A stretch of DNA of 64,000 nucleotides from Selaginella moellendorffii (Eukaryota; Plantae; Lycopodiophyta). Made by a program: the position numbers and the translations under genes. Below are positions 55,401 to 64,000 of this stretch, one piece after another. The stretch lies in the NCBI RefSeq assembly GCF_000143415.4, contig NW_003314305.1, forward strand, positions 1,212,834-1,276,833, given 5' to 3'. Below the pieces are notes generated by a model. That model searched no databases. It was given only the letters and a program-made list of their open reading frames with translations, and was not told the DNA's origin. Numbering within the stretch: the stretch's first letter is position 1; each line of letters starts with the position of its first letter.

Positions 55401-55670
55401 CAGCCGAGACATTCAGCATCAGCATCTGCTGATAGAACAGCACAAACAAACATCATGCTCGGCATTTCAGAAGCATAAAATGGTCGAAAAAGAACAGCTT
55501 ACCAGCTGGAAAACGTTGATCGACAGTCGCAACCTCGGACGCAGCCCCTGCAACACAAACTCAAAGACATCAACAACCAATGCAGTCGACGCAACAAAAA
55601 GCTTACCGCTCGAGATGAGCAGGTGCAGACAGAGGATGAGAGCAACCGCACGAAAGCCTCGCGGCCTCAT
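52406..55670 (-). CDS. Secreted multidomain protein: signal peptide + Pmp-like (GGA/FxxN) beta-helix repeats + Pro/Ser stalk + root-cap/VWD-like domain starting GDPH
   Basis: All exons splice in frame by eye from MRPRGFRAVALILCLHLL through FTNN..LGAAL, FRSN..KGGAVF, FSRN..YGAAVY, FRDN..DGGALF, FARN..YGGDI, a Pro-rich stalk, ITGDPHFVGKHGERFDFHG..DYCILSDKDFHIN and HGVLGQTY, to TGA at 52406-52408. Confidence 0.8.
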
Positions 55671-56163
55671 CCTGGAGAATAATTCCAGCTCGCACTTTTC
55701 ACATCAAGAAAGTTTTAGCAGCTCAAACCAAGAACTTGAACACGTAACCAGCTACAATTTGAATGAATGGAGCAAAACAAGCCAACAATCTGCGCAGCCA
55801 CGGAGGTTGTGGCTATGGCAGACCGGGAGTGACGAGCTGCGACAGACTAGATTGCACCAACCTATTCGTTAGTGCAGTTTATGTTCCGTAGCTAACGGTT
55901 TGCGGGAAAATCTTGCCCGCCCGTTTTCGATTCCTGTCCTAACTGCAGAATAGCAGTTAAGACTAACATGACAAAATCCGAGACAAACGGTAACTGTTCC
56001 GTAACTGGGACGAAGCGAACCGGCAGTGGCACCGCATCGCATCAGGCCACTGAAAAGGAATAAATTAACGAGTGAGTAAAACAGTTACACATGCTGGAAT
56101 GTAAACAGCCAACCTTCTGAAACGTAGCATGCCCCTGTTCCTCCGTATGGAGATACACAGAAT

Positions 56164-58201
56164 CTATGTCCGGATAACATACGAATCGGCATGGGTCACG
56201 TAGCGAACCCATCGATGAGGATTATATGACTTTGATTTTTTCAAAACTTGCAAGTACTTCACCTGGGAAAAACATAAGAAACTAGAAAAGGCAAAAAAGC
56301 TGCTGGATTCTCTTACTTGTACTTTGGAGGCGTTGAACATGGGAATAGTGAAAGTCATGCTGATCGGTCCAACTTCCTTTTTTATGTTTACTGTAAAGCA
56401 AGTAGCCAAAATAAAGTAGTAAATACAAAACAATAGAAGTTCTCTTGGCTATTACCATTGCGTTCTTGAGACAAGGTAAGTTTAGCACGCAATACATGCT
56501 CCGAGCCGCCAGAAATCTAAAAAATCCATCGAAATTTTTTATCTGGGAGATGAACAGTCAAAACACTTACTTTCTTCAATCCCCATTCTACAAGTTTTGT
56601 CGATTCTTTATAATCGGTTGACTGTCCAGCTGCTCCCGCCTCCAGCTCAAAACCGCATCTTTTGCATGGACGACACAGGTTAAATGGCAAATAGGAAACA
56701 AAGCATACCTCATTGTTGTTTTTGGAAGTGGTATGCGTACCAGCACCGTATTGGCTGTTACATTCTGAGCAAAATCTGCCCGCACTTTGATGACAACTTC
56801 CGCCTGAGAATAAACTCATCAGTTACATTGAAAAAGTGACACACTCTCGTACCCTGAATGGACCAGATTCTTCAATGGCGGGATACACTCTGAAAGGAGG
56901 CTTAAATTCTTGCGTCATGCGATAGTTCATGACAGGAAACTCTCCATCTGGCGGTGTCTATCCGATGCATCATAAGCTTGTAAGTGTCATTAGATAAAAA
57001 GGAAGAATAAAAGTTACCGACCAGCGTTAAAGTTCGATCCAAATCAAAATCATCCAGTCGAACTGATTCGTGGAAGTTACAGTCATCCAGTAGCACCATA
57101 CCACCCGCTCCTGCATATGATGCAAGTAATGCCTCGACCAACATCTGGATGAAAACACTCACCTAGACTCGAGTGTGTGCCACGACCAATTTGCAGGTCT
57201 TCGTTTAAAGCGACCCGGATTTCCGGATTACCAGTAAGGTAGCTCTTCATTTGAATGGTTCCGTCAATTTCCGACGTAAGAATGTAGCCCTGATGAAGTT
57301 GATAAAGCCAGTTCTACGTTAAAACGAAAACTACAAAACACTTACGCTCGCATTGAATGTCACACTGATGTTCTCTATGACGTCCACAAAAACTTCCTCC
57401 CGTTTCTTGCCACCAGGCTCACTAGCAACCACGGACTTGGTCACAGCCGTTCCGGGAAGCCGCTTTGATCCTTGCTGCAAATAGAACACAAAGAAGAAAG
57501 TTGGAACGATCGGAACTGTGAAGCAAAAACACTTACCATGAATAATCCGGCTGGCCCAAGAGAAGGAATTTTGGCCGACTCTACCACGACTGGTTCATTG
57601 AAAACGAAAGACTTGAGTCCCTCAGTCGAGGTCGTTTGAGGATAGCCGAAGTCCTGCAAAAGCAAAGGCAAAAACATAAGCAAGCCAGGAAGAAAGATAT
57701 CTGTCCTAACCAGCATTTCGTCTAGCAGCTCATACACAAGAACGAAGTTTTTCCGGAGTGACTCTTCGTTAAGAATGCCAAGATAGTCCTTCGTCACGCG
57801 GGCGATCCGCTGAAGGAGCTCCAATGCCAGAGCTGGAGAAATATTCACTCTGGTAGTAGCGACGAAGAGCAGACCAGCGACCTTGACATGCGCGTAGTTC
57901 ACTCCATCGACATTCTGCCACATTAATCGATTATAACCATAGCCTATCAAACGAGCAAAATCTACTCACAAACACCGGAGGCGCATCCTCGCCTTCCTCG
58001 CTGTGCCAGAATTTCACCTTGCGGAAGAAAATCTCGGCGCTGGCTTTGCTCACATCCCCGCGATCTGCCTTAAATGCAGCCCGATCAGATCAATGAGAGC
58101 ATTCCAAAGTATTCCAGCTGCAGGGAGCTAGATCCAGACTCACAATCGCGGAAGATGATGTTGTCGCCGCGGAGCGAGAGGACGAAGAACTGGGAAATCA
58201 T
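56164..58201 (-). CDS. AP4M: AP-4 adaptor complex medium (mu) subunit
   Basis: MISQFFVLSLRGDNIIFRD, FFRKVKFW, LRKNFVLVYELLDE, DFGYPQTT, LDDCNFHESV, PPDGEF, GPISMTFTIPM, HRWVRYVT. Confidence 0.94.
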
Positions 58202-58298
58202 CGCTGAGAGCTCCACAAACCCTAGACAGAGATAGTCCAGAGGTCGAATCCACCTGGCATGTGAGATTAGTTTTATCTTAATTATGTTTTAATCTAAA

Positions 58299-58372
58299 GC
58301 TTTCATAGCTCAGTTGGTTCGAGCATCCGCTTAGTAAGCGGGAGGTCCTGAGTTCAACTCTCAGTGAAAGCA
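58299..58372 (+). tRNA. trnT-AGU: tRNA-Thr (anticodon AGT)
   Basis: GCTTTCA...TGAAAGCA acceptor stem, D-arm GCTC/GAGC, anticodon loop TTAGTAA, T-arm CTGAG-TTCAACT-CTCAG, T4 terminator at about 58378. Confidence 0.95.
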
Positions 58373-58463
58373 CAGCATTTTCACCGACATGAAAACAATA
58401 TTGATTATATATAAACACGTAGAGTTTATACATGAATATATCTATGATCTACTAGCTAGCTCT

Positions 58464-59035
58464 TCAAGGGCTCGGAGGATCAGGAGGCCCAAGCCTCAAA
58501 GAATTTGTAGTAGCTAAGATCCGAAATCTATCAATTTTTCTATCACAGTGGATCTGGTGATGATCAAGAGAAGGTTGATACATAATCTTCCAAGATTTTA
58601 AACTTGAATCCAAATCAGAGCTGAGATTTGAGCCTGCAGTATTCACTGGGATGCTGCAAAATGCTGGAGGTCTCGAAACTTTGACAGAGCAGTGATTTGA
58701 AAATTCTGCTGGGATTTGCACGGAAATCTTCCCATTGGCTCCAGTGATGCCGCTTTCTTGGTATCTTATGCCTGTCCTTTGCTCCTTGCATTCCAGGAAA
58801 ACAGGAACATCTGCAAATTTTGAGACAGCAAAGTTCAGCTCTTGAAAGTATGAGCCAAGTTTCTGTTGCTTTTACCAGGCAAAACGATGCTGTTTTCACT
58901 GAAATTTCCTTCACTGCAGACATCACAAGACACTGAAACTTCAAAACGATCAAGGATTGGCCTAGCTGCTGCTGCTGTCGCTGCTGCTGCCAGGAAATGT
59001 GCCCATGCCACCAAAAGGAGAGCCACAGGGCTCAT
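58464..59035 (-). CDS. Pollen Ole e 1/extensin-family secreted protein, 2 exons
   Basis: Signal peptide, VSCDVC..F.....LP|DVPVFLEC, TGANGKISVQIP, HCSVKV..P.AFCSIP cysteine pattern. Confidence 0.75.
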
Positions 59036-59677
59036 CTTTCTAGCACCCAAATGATAAGACAACACGGGTGCAAAAAGCTTGGGAGATCACAACAGCCCAC
59101 AATAACAAATCTCTTTTTATGCATGATCAGCAACATCTTCGAATGCAGGAAGTCTAAGCTTCCAGAAGCAGTCAACTTTTGAAAAGATAATAACACCTAG
59201 CGCGTAAATGCATGATTTTTGTCAACCCACCATTTCTGCTCACGCTTCCAAAGGTTCATCTCGAACACCCAAAGTCAAAAGCTGTTGGCGGGAGGAACTC
59301 CTTCCTTTTCCGACTACATTTTTTGCAATGTTGGGGGACCGAATTTACTTAAGGGTAATTAAAAACATGACGGTTAAAAACAAAACAGTAAATAATTTAT
59401 TTGGATATTTATCTAGGAATTTGATTCTAAGTTTAATAATATTTAGATACAAATTATTTCTACTATAACGTTACTCGGACTATAAAATTTATAAAAAACG
59501 AAATAAATTAAAAAATAAAGAGCACAAGCATAATAGATTATAAATTCCATACACATATGAACATATGTATGTCATAAAAAATATATAAATAAATAATAAA
59601 ATCAAGCATTTTTGCAATAATGAGTATCAAATTATTAATTTTCTTAAGAAAACTTATAGGGGACTGGAGTGGTCCCC

Positions 59678-60034
59678 TAAAATATACTTGAATAGTTTGG
59701 GATATTCTACCATCTTACAGTTGTTATTCATTTAGATTAATTATGCAACTTTTATAAGCACTTCCTAGTAATGATTGATATGCAATAAAATTAATCTTAT
59801 TTTTATAAAATATAAGTATAATAATATACATAAAAATTATGTGGAAGGTTATAAAATCTCATTTTATTAGTGCATGTACTCACTATAAATTCTTGGAACC
59901 TTGAGGGCTAAACAGGGACTAGAGGGTAATAAATATATTTAAAATATACTTGAATAGTTTGGGATATTCTACCATCTTACAGTTGTTATTCATTTAGATT
60001 AATTATGCAACTTTTATAAGCACTTCCTAGTAAT
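59678..60034. repeat. Identical 95-bp direct repeats flanking a 167-bp spacer
   Basis: 59678-59772 equals 59940-60034. The spacer contains a TRIM-LTR-like stretch (tataaattcttggaacctt). Confidence 0.85.
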
Positions 60035-60682
60035 ATTAATTAGATAGCATTAATTTAGTCACATTTTATTATTATTACTTTAATGAAAATAGTCTTAAAT
60101 CTGGATAATCTCACACACTATAATTACTATATCTCCTTGTTTTTTGAGCAATACCACTAGCAGCCACCAAGAGCCACATACTTCTATAGTCACTTTAATA
60201 AACTCAAGATCCTTTCCATCTTACTCATCACCATCTAATCAATTTTTGCCACCTCATATAAGCATTTGTATCCATTTTCAACATAAAGCTGAAAAGAATT
60301 ATTTAAACTTTGAGACTTTACCACCACCACCACCATAAACACCATTTTCAGCCAATCCATACATTTCCATTCTATCAACTTAGCTTTATTGCTAATGAGA
60401 AATCAATCAAATATAAATTAGTGTTTACTCAAAGGCCTTCATATAATTATTTATGAGGATTACCTCCTTTAAAAAGTTGAGAGGTTTTTATTTATTATAA
60501 AACTTGGATATCTCTTATCACATTTTGAAATTCCAATAAAAAGAAGAAGAAAAACTTAATCACACTATATGTGAGGGAAGTTCTTTCCATAAATGTGTCA
60601 CAGCTTTTTATAGTTTTAAAATATATAAGAATTTAGTAGGAAAAATAAGTAGGTTCTCAGGAGTTTTTATTTAATTTTGATG

Positions 60683-60683
<1 letters not shown>

Positions 60684-60774
<91 letters not shown>
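60684..60774. repeat. (TA)n microsatellite
   Basis: Perfect TA run of about 90 bp. Confidence 0.98.
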
Positions 60775-60777
<3 letters not shown>

Positions 60778-61792
60778 TATTTATTTAAGAAATTATTATA
60801 AACTCTAAATTATTAGTAATGAGGTTTAGATTCCCAAACATATATTACCATTTCTAGCATTACAATTATTATGAATACAAAGATAAGGAGCAACACAATT
60901 TGGTTCTGGTAAACAAAATGTACTAATAGACTAGAGTGTAATATCAAAACTATTATAAAGAACAAGTTTTCCATCAATTTTTACTTAAAATTAGTTTAAG
61001 ATTAAATATTACAAAACTTTTTGAATAAATAATGGTTTTACAATCTCATTGAGAAAAAATAGACTTCTCTAGATACAAACTTTGATTAGGTATTGCAAAA
61101 TGTTCAATCACCAAACATTTGGATCAATAACAACAACAACTTCCTCCTCTATATTTGCTTATGCATGCATATCTGCCCCTCATCCTATTGTATATTCTTT
61201 TATCCCACTTGTGGAAGTGTACTATTTAGCACCATCCCACCAAAATGTTATCATTAGCAAACTGTCATATAAGGTGTCTTAATAAGTCAACACTGATAAG
61301 AGAATGACACAAGCATTTCTAATCACTCAATCACTAATGAATTATGTAAAGGTAAATTTTATATTATCATGTTGCATCAGCAAGCTGGTTTTTCTATGAT
61401 ATAGTGATTATAGTGATCTACTTCATTATAACCCTCCTTGCACTTTGAAAGCTTAGATTTCCCTTATCCCTAAAGTTCTTTCTTCATAAAATGTTATGTG
61501 ATGATAACTTTATATAACTATATCTTAGTAAAAATTGCTTTAGTTCCCTCTTGTATATTCCAGATTAATCTGGAAAAAGTAAAGTTATCTGGAAAATGTT
61601 TATAATCTGCTAACTAGTCCTGTCAAATATTCTTTTCTCACTAAGAGATCAACATTTAAATTCTTTATCAATCCCTCAATACCAACTTCTTGCCCACATG
61701 GCAGTAAAAAAGAATGTCATACAAGATTAATCCATATAATAAACATGGAGGTGTTTGAAAAAAGTTTATAAATCATAATTTTAACTATATTA

Positions 61793-61804
61793 TTTGGCGG
61801 GAAA
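61793..61804. promoter_or_regulatory. Overlapping inverted E2F sites upstream of DHFR-TS
   Basis: TTTGGCGGGAAA = TTTGGCGG (+) overlapping TTTCCCGCC (-). Both match the E2F consensus WTTSSCSS. Confidence 0.7.
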
Positions 61805-61818
61805 TGTTTTCATTGGCT

Positions 61819-63888
<2,070 letters not shown>

Positions 63889-64000
63889 ACAAACGCCGAA
63901 AGCTTTCTCAAGTCTAAAGCGTGTAAGTATTCCAAAGACCAATCAAGTTCTTTGATAGAGCTACTATTCATTTTACAGGAATTGCGAAACACTTACACGC

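Noticed and set aside
58464-58500. C-terminal RLGPPDPPSP of the Ole e 1 protein as a CLE-like peptide
   Set aside because: Lacks the CLE consensus (RxVPxGPxPxH[N/H]).

Overview
Gene-dense land-plant nuclear DNA with very short (about 50-70 nt) spliceosomal introns. The style, and a PPR fragment of a type I associate with Selaginella, point to a lycophyte such as Selaginella (inference). Conserved genes: the 5' part of BIG/UBR4, a plastid ABC1 kinase, two tandem class III peroxidases, an ECA-type Ca2+-ATPase, an IMPACT/YigZ-family gene, a USP, a calmodulin-like gene, AP-4 mu, tRNA-Thr(AGT), an Ole e 1-family gene and DHFR-TS. There are three accessory zones. (1) 18-34 kb is a mosaic of duplicated, intron-retaining gene fragments (IMPACT x3, F-box, TEBICHI/Pol theta helicase, PPR, Crinkler-like NTPase) that carries two intact ORFs for a divergent Dof-like zinc-finger protein. 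(2) 40-49 kb is an AT-rich graveyard with a decayed Mutator-like DDE+SWIM transposase, a nested TRIM (162-bp LTRs, PBS, PPT, 5-bp TSD), a 140-bp insert with a 19-bp TSD and a foldback element. (3) 49.6-55.7 kb holds a disrupted Crinkler-like P-loop NTPase + restriction-endonuclease-fold + PHD gene, next to an intact secreted protein that joins Pmp-like beta-helix repeats, a Pro-rich stalk and a root-cap/VWD-like domain beginning with GDPH. Exon structures were spliced by eye and family calls come from motif recognition, not database searches.
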